From contig NZ_JAFMHR010000001.1 of the NCBI RefSeq assembly GCF_017854415.1, forward strand, positions 6 to 64,005: DNA of 64,000 nucleotides, in the 5' to 3' direction. How positions within the stretch are numbered: the first letter of the stretch is position 1; every line of letters begins with the position of its first letter. The notes below the pieces were generated by a model. The model saw only the letters and a list, made by a program, of their open reading frames with translations. It did not search any database and was not told where the DNA came from. Origin of the DNA: Yoonia sp. Its GTDB lineage: Bacteria; Pseudomonadota; Alphaproteobacteria; Rhodobacterales; Rhodobacteraceae. Position numbers and translations under genes: made by a program. This document shows, piece after piece, positions 18,893-28,121 of the stretch.

Positions 18893-19849
18893 ATGTCATT
18901 CCGTTTGCAACCCACGCCACCTGCCCGCCCAAACCGCTGCCAGCTTTTCGGTCCGGGCTCGAACACCAAGCTGTTCGCGAAGATGGCAGCAAGTGCGGCA
19001 GACGTCATCAACCTTGACCTCGAAGACAGCGTATCACCCTCTGACAAAGACAGCGCGCGCGCCAACGTGATAAAAGCAATCAACGAGGTTGATTGGAACA
19101 CCAAATACCTTTCCGTGCGCATTAACGGATTGGACACGCCTTACTGGTACAAAGACGTTGTCGACCTGATGGAACAGGCAGGCGACCGTATTGACCAGAT
19201 CATGATCCCCAAGGTCGGCTGTGCAGCAGATGTTTATGCCGTCGACGCGCTTGTTACTGCAATCGAAACCGCCAAAGGCCGCAAAAAACGCATCAGTTTT
19301 GAAGTTATCATCGAATCTGCAGCTGGCATCGCCCATGTCGAAGAAATCGCAGCAAGTTCGCCACGCATGGCCGCGATGAGCCTTGGTGCTGCTGATTTCG
19401 CAGCCTCTATGGGGATGCAGACAACTGGCATCGGCGGTACGCAAGAAAACTACTACATGCTGCACGGCGACACGCGGCACTATTCCGATCCTTGGCATTG
19501 GGCACAAACCGCAATTGTTGCTGCTTGCCGGACGCATGGTGTTTTGCCTGTTGATGGACCTTTCGGTGATTTCAGCGATGACGAAGGCTACCGCGCACAG
19601 GCGAAACGCTCTGCCGCGCTTGGCATGGTCGGCAAGTGGGCAATCCATCCCAAGCAAATCGCGCTCGCCAACGAGGTGTTCACACCATCCGAAGAAGCTG
19701 TCGCTGAGGCGCGTGAAATCCTTGCCGCGATGGAAGCCGCTAAAGCACGCGGCGAAGGTGCAACGGTCTTCAAGGGTCGATTGGTCGATATCGCCTCAAT
19801 CAAACAAGCCGAGGTCATCGTGCGCCAGTCAGAGATGATCGCAAGCTAA
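18893..19849 (+). CDS. mcl1: L-malyl-CoA/beta-methylmalyl-CoA lyase
   Basis: MSFRLQPTPPARPNRCQLFGPGS... closely matches my recollection of Rhodobacter Mcl1 along the whole length. Confidence 0.85.
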   Translation: MSFRLQPTPPARPNRCQLFGPGSNTKLFAKMAASAADVINLDLEDSVSPSDKDSARANVIKAINEVDWNTKYLSVRINGLDTPYWYKDVVDLMEQAGDRIDQIMIPKVGCAADVYAVDALVTAIETAKGRKKRISFEVIIESAAGIAHVEEIAASSPRMAAMSLGAADFAASMGMQTTGIGGTQENYYMLHGDTRHYSDPWHWAQTAIVAACRTHGVLPVDGPFGDFSDDEGYRAQAKRSAALGMVGKWAIHPKQIALANEVFTPSEEAVAEAREILAAMEAAKARGEGATVFKGRLVDIASIKQAEVIVRQSEMIAS

Positions 19850-19929
19850 GGACGCATCGCCTGCCGCCTGTTGCTATTGACGAAACCCAACGCCATATAG
19901 GGACGTGTTGACGCAAAAGGCCGCAGTTC

Positions 19930-20892
19930 ATGACCCAATACCTCGACTTTGAAAAACCGCTCGCTGAAATCGAAGGCAAAGCTGAAGAGCTGCGCGCGAT
20001 GGCTCGTGAAAATCCTGAAATGGATGTGTCCAAAGAAGCGAAAGCACTGGATAAAAAAGCCAATGACCTGCTGACATCGCTTTATGCGGGACTGACCCCT
20101 TGGCGTAAATGCCAAGTAGCGCGTCATCCGCAGCGGCCGCATTGCAAAGACTACATCGAGGCTTTGTTTACCGAATATACCCCGCTGGCCGGCGACCGGA
20201 ACTTTGCCGATGACCATGCAGTCATGGGCGGCATTGCCCGACTTGAAGGCACCCCCGTTATGGTGATCGGCCACGAAAAAGGCGACGATACGAAATCCCG
20301 GATTGAACGTAATTTTGGCATGGCCCGCCCCGAAGGATACCGCAAGGCGATCCGCCTGATGGAGCTTGCTAACCGCTTTGGCCTACCTGTCATCACGCTT
20401 GTCGACACCCCCGGTGCCTACCCCGGCAAGGGCGCCGAAGAGCGCGGCCAATCTGAAGCAATCGCCCGTTCGACAGAAAAGTGCCTCGAATTGAAAGTGC
20501 CGCTGATCAGCGTTGTGATCGGCGAAGGTGGATCAGGTGGTGCTGTTGCATTCGCTTCGGCCAACCGCGTGGCGATGTTGCAGCATTCTGTCTATTCCGT
20601 CATCAGCCCCGAGGGTTGCGCCTCAATCCTTTGGAAAGACGCAGAAAAGATGCGCGAATCTGCCGAAGCTCTGCGTCTGACTTCTAAGGACCTGCTAGAG
20701 CTGGGCGTCTGCGACAAGATCATTCCAGAACCGCGCGGCGGTGCGCACCGCAACCGCGACGCTGCAATCAAATCGGTCGGCGAAGCTTTGGTGAGCATGC
20801 TCAGTGAATTGCGTGATCTGTCCGGAGACAAACTACGCCAGGACCGTCGGAGCAAGTATCTTGCTCTCGGCTCAAAAGGACTCGCGGCCTAA
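19930..20892 (+). CDS. accA: acetyl-CoA carboxylase carboxyltransferase subunit alpha
   Basis: [17 protein letters not shown]...[11 protein letters not shown]...[10 protein letters not shown]. Confidence 0.9.
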   Translation: MTQYLDFEKPLAEIEGKAEELRAMARENPEMDVSKEAKALDKKANDLLTSLYAGLTPWRKCQVARHPQRPHCKDYIEALFTEYTPLAGDRNFADDHAVMGGIARLEGTPVMVIGHEKGDDTKSRIERNFGMARPEGYRKAIRLMELANRFGLPVITLVDTPGAYPGKGAEERGQSEAIARSTEKCLELKVPLISVVIGEGGSGGAVAFASANRVAMLQHSVYSVISPEGCASILWKDAEKMRESAEALRLTSKDLLELGVCDKIIPEPRGGAHRNRDAAIKSVGEALVSMLSELRDLSGDKLRQDRRSKYLALGSKGLAA

Positions 20893-20894
20893 AC

Positions 20895-21566
20895 TTGCGA
20901 GTTCTGCAAGGGCATTGGCAGCTGTTTCTGCTGACAACGTTTGTGTTTGCTCTGTGGCAGACACCTGCGGTCGTCCCGCTCAAAATTCTGATCGTGTTCT
21001 TCCACGAGGCGTCCCATGCCATCGCCACCTTTGTAACTGGCGGCGAAGTCGTCAGCCTGTCTGTTTCCCCTAACCAAGGCGGGCTGGTCGTCAGCCGCGG
21101 CGGCAGCCGTTTCTGGACATTGACCGCAGGCTATCTTGGGTCGTTATTAATCGGGGTCAGCCTTTTGATCGGGGCGACGCGCAGTAGGGCAGATCGAAAA
21201 ATCATGGCCGTTTGTGGCGTGATGATGTTGGTGATTGCAGGGCTATATGTACGTGAAATTTTTGCGTTGGTATTTGTAATCGGCACCGGCATCGCAATGC
21301 TACTAAGCGCGCGTTTCTTGGGACATAACGTCAATGATCTGATGCTGCGCGTGATCGGCCTGACGAGCATGATATACGTGCCCTACGATATTTTCAGCGA
21401 TACAATTGCGCGCTCACATCTGCCTTCTGATGCACGGATGCTGGCGCAAGAATTTGGCGGCACGCCACAAGTCTGGGGCGTTCTTTGGATCGCAATCAGC
21501 CTGATTGTGATCGGCTTTTGCATGCGGTCAGTCCTTGGCCGCAGCAGCAACCTGAAACTGCGCTAG
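20895..21566 (+). CDS. M50B-type membrane metallopeptidase
   Basis: HEASH (HExxH) sits in the first membrane region, with multiple TM segments. The TTG start 2 nt after the accA stop is uncertain. Confidence 0.6.
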   Translation: MRVLQGHWQLFLLTTFVFALWQTPAVVPLKILIVFFHEASHAIATFVTGGEVVSLSVSPNQGGLVVSRGGSRFWTLTAGYLGSLLIGVSLLIGATRSRADRKIMAVCGVMMLVIAGLYVREIFALVFVIGTGIAMLLSARFLGHNVNDLMLRVIGLTSMIYVPYDIFSDTIARSHLPSDARMLAQEFGGTPQVWGVLWIAISLIVIGFCMRSVLGRSSNLKLR

Positions 21567-22178
21567 CTACCACATCGTTTTGGCAGCACGCGCGCCCCAA
21601 TCGGCGTCATATTTTTCCGCATCAAAGCCTGCTTCCTGCTCAGCCAGCATATCGCCAACGCTTGGCAGATCGACGCTTATGTCAGAGGCGTCCCAAATTC
21701 CTGCACGCATCAAAGCGCGCGCGCATTGGCTGTAAACCTCGGCGATTTTAATAACAACGACGCTGCGCGGCTGTCGGTCATTTTGATCGAAACGGGCAAG
21801 TAAATCGGGCGCGAGTGATACAACTGCTTGCCCGTTCACGCGCACAACATTGTTTGAGCCGGGAACAAAAAACATCAGGCTGATCCGCCCGTCCGCCACG
21901 ATATTGCGCAGCGTGTCCATCCGGTTGTTCCCGCGCCAATCAGGCAAAAGCAACGTCTTGGCGTCAAGGTCTTGCACAACAGTGCCGTCATCCCCGCGCG
22001 GACTGCCGTCGGTGCCATCTGGCCCAACCGTTGACACAACGCAAAGACGCGATGCCATAATCCATTTGCGGCAAAGCGGCGTCAGTTGCGTTGCCACCTT
22101 AATCATCGAGGCCTTGCCAGGTTTGCCGTAAATCGCCTCTAGCTGCCCCACATCAGTGATTTGGTGGTCAGCCATCAA
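21567..22178 (-). CDS. PPOX-class FMN-dependent flavoprotein (pyridoxamine 5'-phosphate oxidase family)
   Basis: Family-like pattern (MASRLCVVSTVGPDGTDGSPRGD...). The stop directly abuts the M50 stop. Confidence 0.6.
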   Translation of the reverse strand: MMADHQITDVGQLEAIYGKPGKASMIKVATQLTPLCRKWIMASRLCVVSTVGPDGTDGSPRGDDGTVVQDLDAKTLLLPDWRGNNRMDTLRNIVADGRISLMFFVPGSNNVVRVNGQAVVSLAPDLLARFDQNDRQPRSVVVIKIAEVYSQCARALMRAGIWDASDISVDLPSVGDMLAEQEAGFDAEKYDADWGARAAKTMW

Positions 22179-22896
22179 AACCCGCCTCTTTGTTCAAGCG
22201 GTCAGAGGCCGTCTCAATGTCATTTTCGATGCGGGCCATGAAATCAGCGACCGCAAGCCCGGGTTCAATCCGTGGTAGAAATTCAAACACTGCCGTGCCT
22301 TGCTTGCGGTAAATGCCGCGTTTGGGCCAAAATACTCCGACATTGGTGGCGACTGGCACAACAGGCTGACCCAGTTCACGGTAAAGCGCGCCCGTTCCAA
22401 CTTTGTAGGGTGCCTTGACCCCCGGTGCGATACGCGTGCCCTGCGGATAAATGATAAGCTGACCGGGCGTTGCACGGCCGGCCTGCACATCAGCCAACAT
22501 CTTTTTAATCGCTTGCCCACGCTTACCGCGATCAACCGGAATGCAACCGATCCGCAAACCAAACTGCCCAACAACAGGCGCGTATTTCAAGATCGACTTG
22601 AAAATGAACTTACCACGCGGGATCGAACCAAAGATGATCAGAACATCCAAGAATGATTGATGCTTTGGGGCGACCATGACTTCGTCCGTGGGCGGAGTGC
22701 CGCGAACTTCTGTTTTCAGCCCGATCATCCAAGACGCGGACCACTTAATATAGCGGCAATATGCGTGGCATCCTGCCAGTGCCCCATTGGCCGAAATAAT
22801 CGCAGCCGGCGTATAAAGGATGCCAACGACCAATAAGGCCACATACATCTGCGCGTTAAATATCAGCGAGCGAACCCATTGAATTGCATAGCTCAT
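22168..22896 (-). CDS. lysophospholipid (1-acyl-sn-glycerol-3-phosphate) acyltransferase
   Basis: The PKHQSFLD (HxxxxD) acyltransferase motif and IYPQGTR block. Confidence 0.75.
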   Translation of the reverse strand: MSYAIQWVRSLIFNAQMYVALLVVGILYTPAAIISANGALAGCHAYCRYIKWSASWMIGLKTEVRGTPPTDEVMVAPKHQSFLDVLIIFGSIPRGKFIFKSILKYAPVVGQFGLRIGCIPVDRGKRGQAIKKMLADVQAGRATPGQLIIYPQGTRIAPGVKAPYKVGTGALYRELGQPVVPVATNVGVFWPKRGIYRKQGTAVFEFLPRIEPGLAVADFMARIENDIETASDRLNKEAGFDG

Positions 22897-23786
22897 GTTT
22901 GTTCCCTTAGCCTACGAAATGCGGCGGCGCGTGTGGCGAAAAAGGCTGTCACAGCCGACAGTATGGGGATCATCACCAACAATAGCCACTCTGCCCCCAC
23001 AAACCCGACACCAATTAGAATACTGTCACCGCTGCCGCCTTGTGGCATCAATACCGTCGCGCCTATACCGACGACCACACCAACCAAAGCCCCTAGACCG
23101 GCGCGCGATGTATAGCGCCGCACGAATGCGCGAGCTATATACGTGTCGCGCGCGCCCACAAGGCGCAGAACACGGATCACTTGTGCATTGGCGGACAAAG
23201 ACGCTTGCGCCGCCAAAGTAATCATCGCGGCGATTGTAGCTCCGATCAAGATAATCACTGACCAACTGATAAGACGCACACGGCTTGCGGCCTCCAAAAG
23301 CGGCGCGCGCCAACTTGTGTGATCATCAAGGACGGCCCCCGGTACTTGCGCAGACAATCGCGCGCGCAGGCCGTCAGCGTCATAGTCGTCACCGCCTGTT
23401 ATAATCTCAATCAATTGCGGGATTGGTAAGCTCTCGAGCGGTAAATCAGGGCCGAACCACGGTTCAAGCAATGCTTGTTGCTCTGTTTCCGACAAAGCGC
23501 GAACCGAGGTCACACCAGGCGTTGTCTCAAGCACGTCGAGTGCGGAAAGAAGCAAAGCATCCGACGTCTGCGGGTCAACCGGCAACCGCAAGGTTGCGGA
23601 TTGGGCAAGCTCTTGCGCCCAAGCTTCGGCAACGCGACCTGTCGTTAACGAAATAGCTAACGTAATCACCGCAAGAAATGCCATCACGGCAGCCACGAAG
23701 ACAGTCAAGCGTGCTGTCATACCAGTAGGCGGCACAGCGCGGTCAGCCTGCGGATCGCCCAAAATCAGTTCAAGCAGCGCCTTCAT
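22893..23786 (-). CDS. ftsX: cell-division ABC transporter permease FtsX-like
   Basis: 4-TM FtsX topology with a large periplasmic loop. It overlaps ftsE by 4 nt. Confidence 0.75.
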   Translation of the reverse strand: MKALLELILGDPQADRAVPPTGMTARLTVFVAAVMAFLAVITLAISLTTGRVAEAWAQELAQSATLRLPVDPQTSDALLLSALDVLETTPGVTSVRALSETEQQALLEPWFGPDLPLESLPIPQLIEIITGGDDYDADGLRARLSAQVPGAVLDDHTSWRAPLLEAASRVRLISWSVIILIGATIAAMITLAAQASLSANAQVIRVLRLVGARDTYIARAFVRRYTSRAGLGALVGVVVGIGATVLMPQGGSGDSILIGVGFVGAEWLLLVMIPILSAVTAFFATRAAAFRRLREQT

Positions 23787-24457
23787 AGGTCGGCCCCCGC
23801 TTGCAATAACTGCCCATCGCGCAAACGCAAAACCCGCGCACTGACGTCGGTTTTCATAGCGCGGATCATATGCAGATCATGCGTCGCGATCAGAATTGTT
23901 TTGCCCATCTTGTTCAACTCGGCCAACAGCCGCATCAACCGCTGTGACATTTCCCAATCGACGTTGCCGGTTGGTTCATCTGCGATAATGACATCCGGCG
24001 ACATAATCACTGCGCGCGCCAAGGCTGCGCGTTGCCTTTCGCCGCCCGACAACTCCGGAGGGAGCTGATTTGCCTGTGCGCCAAGCCCAACCCAATTTAG
24101 CAGTTCCTGCAAATTCTGCGCCGCTTCGCCGCCACGATCAGAGACCGTCAATGGCAAAGCAATGTTTTCCGCAATCGTCAGGTGATCAAGAAATTCACAA
24201 TTCTGGTGAACAACGCCAATGCGCCGGCGCGCTAGTGCGACTGCATCGCGATCAAGCGTAGCAGCATCTTGCCCAAACAACCGGACTTTGCCGCTCCGTG
24301 CGCGCAAATCTGCGTAGCAAAGACGCAAAAGCGTCGTCTTACCGGCCCCCGAAGGTCCCGTCAGAAAATGGAACGATCCAGCCGTCAGGTTCAAAGATAA
24401 CTGCGAAAACAACGCCGTACCGCCAAATCCATAGGACACTTTGTCGAGTTCAATCAC
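23783..24457 (-). CDS. ftsE: cell-division ATP-binding protein FtsE
   Basis: Walker A GPSGAGKTT, signature LSGGERQR, Walker B IIADEP. I prefer the GTG start giving VIELDKVSYGF, which aligns with the E. coli MIRFEHVS N-terminus. The ORF extends to a TTG at 24526. Confidence 0.8.
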   Translation of the reverse strand: MIELDKVSYGFGGTALFSQLSLNLTAGSFHFLTGPSGAGKTTLLRLCYADLRARSGKVRLFGQDAATLDRDAVALARRRIGVVHQNCEFLDHLTIAENIALPLTVSDRGGEAAQNLQELLNWVGLGAQANQLPPELSGGERQRAALARAVIMSPDVIIADEPTGNVDWEMSQRLMRLLAELNKMGKTILIATHDLHMIRAMKTDVSARVLRLRDGQLLQAGADL

Positions 24458-24616
24458 GGCATTTCCTTTGCGACATGCTGCACTTCTGCCCAAATCTGCA
24501 ACAGGTTTCAATCTCTTGAGAGGCAAGGCAACGCAAATCCTTTGCGTTTAGCGCTGGCATCGCTAAATTGAATCCGGCAAGACTAACAACTGACCCGAGA
24601 CGGGACAGAAGGAATA

Positions 24617-25426
24617 ATGATGCGGCTTATTTGTCCAAAGTGTAACGCGCAGTACAACGTGGCCGACAATGCGATTCCGCAAGGCGGACGTGATGTGCAG
24701 TGCTCAAGCTGTGGGAACACATGGTTCCAGACCGAAAAGCCCAAAGAGCTGAGCCGCGAAGTTTCGCGCATTCTGTCGACCCCATTGCCGTCCGTCGTAA
24801 AGACAAAATCACGCGATGTATCCGGCTACGACATGCCCCAAAGCGGCAGAGGTCAATCTCAGGGCCCAAAGCATGAACCTGTTGGTGACGGCCCACGGCA
24901 CCGCCCAGTCGACCCCGGTGTTGCAAATATTCTGCGCGAAGAAGCCAAGCGCACACAGGGTGTCAGCGACTATTCTGCGGGCGCTCCAGCTGCGAAGCGT
25001 GAAAGTAGCCTTGCAGATGTGGCAGAAACCCGCAAACGCATTGCGCAATTGACCGCCACTGCGGATGATTTGTCTGCCGGAAATAGTGGCACAGCAGGTG
25101 CACCAAACCCGCGTGCAGTGCCTGACATCAATGAAATCAACGCCGCTTTGCGCACCCGATCCGAGGCCAAGGATGGGTCGGGTTTAACTGAACTTGAAAA
25201 ACACGAGGCTATACGCAGGCGCGGCTTCCGGCGCGGTTTCTTTATCGTCTTAATTTTGATTGCGCTTATTTTGTTGCCGTATGTATTTGCTGATGACATC
25301 ACGCAAAACGTGCCAGAACTGCGCGGTTACATGGCGACTTATGTCGCAATCATTGACCAGCTTCGCTTGTCACTTGATGCAATTTTTCAGTCGGTATCTG
25401 CGGGCATTGCAAACCTGACTGGCTAA
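24617..25426 (+). CDS. MJ0042-type zinc-ribbon protein with a C-terminal membrane anchor
   Basis: CPKC...CSSCG ribbon at the N-terminus, a disordered middle, and a TM segment FFIVLILIALILLPYVF. Confidence 0.65.
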   Translation: MMRLICPKCNAQYNVADNAIPQGGRDVQCSSCGNTWFQTEKPKELSREVSRILSTPLPSVVKTKSRDVSGYDMPQSGRGQSQGPKHEPVGDGPRHRPVDPGVANILREEAKRTQGVSDYSAGAPAAKRESSLADVAETRKRIAQLTATADDLSAGNSGTAGAPNPRAVPDINEINAALRTRSEAKDGSGLTELEKHEAIRRRGFRRGFFIVLILIALILLPYVFADDITQNVPELRGYMATYVAIIDQLRLSLDAIFQSVSAGIANLTG

Positions 25427-25441
25427 GCCGAAACCGGTTCT

Positions 25442-28060
25442 CTAGAACTGATCGAGCAATCGACGCAGGTAATCGCGTTCGATCTCGGGGCGGTTTTGCT
25501 CTGCGGAACGTCTGCGGATTTCGTCAAGCAGCTCTTCGGCGCGGCGGTTAATATCGACGCCACCCAGCAGTTCCTGATCTGTACCCAATTGTCCGGTGTT
25601 GCCCATTTCACGGCCCAGCGGATCACGCTGGCCCTGCTCCGGCCTGCCGGATGCCTCGCCTTGCTCTGTACCTTGCCCTGGTTCGGAATTCTGGTTTTCG
25701 GCCAAAGCTTGACCTAATTCGCGCATCCCGTTGCGCAATGCATCCAACGCTTCGGCCTGCTGATCTATCGCTTCGGCAAGATCACCGTCGCGCAATGCGT
25801 CTTCGGCACCTTCCATGGCTCCCTCTGCCCGCTCGAGCGACCGACGTGCAATATCGCCCGATTCGCCGGGCAAACCGGGGAGGCCGTCGCGTTGGCGTCG
25901 CAGTTCTTCACGCAAAGCCTCTTGGCGCTGTGCAAGGCTGCGTTCGTCTGCCTCACCGCCTGCCCCGTCTCCACGTTGCTGGCCGCTTTGCGCATCTTCT
26001 CCGACACCTTGGCCTTGCCCTTGCTGGCCCTCTTGGCCTTGCTGACTACCGTTTTGACCCTGCTGGCCTTCTGACCCATCGGGGCTTTGACCTTGGTCAC
26101 CTTCTTGGCCCTGCTGCCCCGGTTGCGGCTGTTGCCCGGGCTCACCAGGGTTGAACTGCTCCTGCAATTCACTGAAGGAATCATCCGAAAGTTCTTCTTG
26201 CTCGCGCAGCGTATCAGACAGGTCTTGCATCGACTGCTCGCCCGGGGATGGCGGGCCATCGCCGCCTTCGCCTTGGGTAACGCGCATGTTTTCCATCATC
26301 TGGTTTAGCTGTTCCATCAGCTCTTGCGCTTCGGCCATCCGACCTTCTTGCATCAACTCTTCGATGCGGTCCATCAAAGCCTGCAGTTCGTCCATCGACA
26401 TCGGCTCACCATCTTGACCGTTGTCTGCTTGGTCGGTGCCGTCGTTCGGTTCAGCCTCTTGCGCCAGCATCCGCAGGTAGTCATCGGTCGCTTCACGCAA
26501 TTCTTGCATCAGCTCTGCGATTTCCTCGTCTGATGCGCCATTGCGCATCGCTTCTGACAAACGTTCTTGTGCACGGCGCAGACGCTCGCGGGCATCTGCC
26601 AAACGGCCGTCTTCAAGTTGAATAGCCAGATCCCAAAGTGCCTTAACGATCTCGGCCTGTCCGTCGTCCGTCATACCGAATTCAGCCATATTATCGAGCC
26701 GGCGAATGATAGTGCGCAGGCGCAAATAGGTCGTTTCGTTTGAAAAAAGACCCTCGGGGCGGTTAGAAACTGCACGCAATATCTGGTTCACCCGGACAAC
26801 ATTGGCCTTGGACCACATCAGATCACGGCGTTGTTCAATCACAGCGCGCGCAAACGGCTGGAAAAAGCGGCGGCCAGGTAAAATCATCGGTTCGGCCTGC
26901 GAAACACCCGTTTGTTCAGCGTCATCAGTCACGCTCAGTTGCAGTGTCACGGGCAAATTGGCGAGGGGATGTTCGCTTAAGTTATCGATCAAAAAGTCGT
27001 CAAAATCCGCGCGGTTGCCCCGAAAAGGCATCGGCAAATCCAAGACAAGCGATGCAATCGGATCAGGGTCAATCGTCAAGCCGTGCCGCCGGTCAACCGC
27101 CGCCAAATCCAAGGTGATTGTCGCTGCGCCAAAAGTGACGCCATAGTCATCAAATGCCGCGAAAGGTTGTGACAATTCGCCCATCGCGTCGGACTCGATC
27201 GGGCCGGTCAAATCAACAATCGGTGGTTCATCCGCGATTGCTGTGACTTCCCAAGTTGTCGGAGTGGGGCCTGCAATTGTTAGTGTGCCCGATTGGGTAA
27301 TGACAAACTGTTGCTGCGCATCAGAGGCTGCACCCACGTCATCAACCCTACCCGAAACGGTTTCGGCAACGGTCAGTGCGCCCACTTCACCGTAAAGACG
27401 CAGAGTGACCTCACTGCCAGTTGGGACACGCAATGGCCCCGCAGGAATATCATTGAGGTAGATTGATGGCTTGCCCGTATAGGCGGGCGGTTCTACCCAT
27501 GCTTCCCAAACCGGACCGGTCACAAGCGATGGATCAGACCCCGCAACAATTCCCCCAACAGAGCTGATGCGGAACAAGGACCCAAACAACAGCGCTGCAA
27601 CAAAGAACAGCAACGCAATGAACCGCAAGCCGTAGGGATCGCGGTTGGAAATACGCAGATCAGGCTCAACGGCGCGCGCCAGTTTGGTGCGATCAGCCAT
27701 GCGCGCCATGTGGGCCTGCCAGACTGCTTCGGATGCAGCGTCACCACTACCAATCGCTTGGGTGTCTGCCACCGCCGCAATCGGACGGCCCGGAAGGGCA
27801 GCATCAACGCGGTCGACGGCTTGGTCCGTTGTCGGAAGGCGGAACTGGCGGATACCCCAGATCAGTGTAGCGACAAGAGCAACCACACTAATGACTGCGC
27901 CGCCCCAAAACACCTCAAGCGGGGCAAGGTCCTGCCAGCCCATCATCAACGGAGCAAGGACAAGGAAAATCGCGGTCCAGAACGGCCAGAATGCGCGCAC
28001 AACTTGTTCGGCCACCATACCCAAGCGGGTTGCAGCAACGGGCAGACGCAAATGGCGCAT
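25442..28060 (-). CDS. large membrane-anchored protein with an acidic/Gln-Gly low-complexity tail (TIGR02302/DUF4175-like, alphaproteobacterial)
   Basis: 872 aa with N-terminal TM helices, a long middle region, and a C-terminal coiled-coil/EQ-rich region. The family name is recalled, not searched. Confidence 0.6.
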   Translation of the reverse strand: MRHLRLPVAATRLGMVAEQVVRAFWPFWTAIFLVLAPLMMGWQDLAPLEVFWGGAVISVVALVATLIWGIRQFRLPTTDQAVDRVDAALPGRPIAAVADTQAIGSGDAASEAVWQAHMARMADRTKLARAVEPDLRISNRDPYGLRFIALLFFVAALLFGSLFRISSVGGIVAGSDPSLVTGPVWEAWVEPPAYTGKPSIYLNDIPAGPLRVPTGSEVTLRLYGEVGALTVAETVSGRVDDVGAASDAQQQFVITQSGTLTIAGPTPTTWEVTAIADEPPIVDLTGPIESDAMGELSQPFAAFDDYGVTFGAATITLDLAAVDRRHGLTIDPDPIASLVLDLPMPFRGNRADFDDFLIDNLSEHPLANLPVTLQLSVTDDAEQTGVSQAEPMILPGRRFFQPFARAVIEQRRDLMWSKANVVRVNQILRAVSNRPEGLFSNETTYLRLRTIIRRLDNMAEFGMTDDGQAEIVKALWDLAIQLEDGRLADARERLRRAQERLSEAMRNGASDEEIAELMQELREATDDYLRMLAQEAEPNDGTDQADNGQDGEPMSMDELQALMDRIEELMQEGRMAEAQELMEQLNQMMENMRVTQGEGGDGPPSPGEQSMQDLSDTLREQEELSDDSFSELQEQFNPGEPGQQPQPGQQGQEGDQGQSPDGSEGQQGQNGSQQGQEGQQGQGQGVGEDAQSGQQRGDGAGGEADERSLAQRQEALREELRRQRDGLPGLPGESGDIARRSLERAEGAMEGAEDALRDGDLAEAIDQQAEALDALRNGMRELGQALAENQNSEPGQGTEQGEASGRPEQGQRDPLGREMGNTGQLGTDQELLGGVDINRRAEELLDEIRRRSAEQNRPEIERDYLRRLLDQF
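25945..26150 (-). repeat. cryptic low-complexity coding repeat (PGEPGQQPQPGQQGQEGDQGQ...GQQGQGQG)
   Basis: Reiterated CTTGGCC/CTGCTGGCC-like units on the + strand. Confidence 0.6.
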
Positions 28061-28121
28061 TTGGTCGTGCGGTGCGTTCAGCGGGCCTCTCCCTTGGTTG
28101 TGCGACGCGGGGCCGGTCAGG

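Noticed and set aside
19034-19657. 207-aa minus-strand ORF inside mcl1
   Set aside because: This is an antisense shadow ORF. The plus-strand product matches Mcl1 along its whole length.
25431-25440. GAACCGGTTC palindrome between the convergent zinc-ribbon and TIGR02302-like genes as a terminator
   Set aside because: It is a loop-less 10-bp palindrome with no U-tract, so it is too small to support a terminator call.
25651-26259. Several ORFs on both strands within the low-complexity part of the 872-aa gene
   Set aside because: These are artefacts of the repetitive GC-rich Gln/Gly/Glu coding region, and none has independent start or ribosome-binding-site support.
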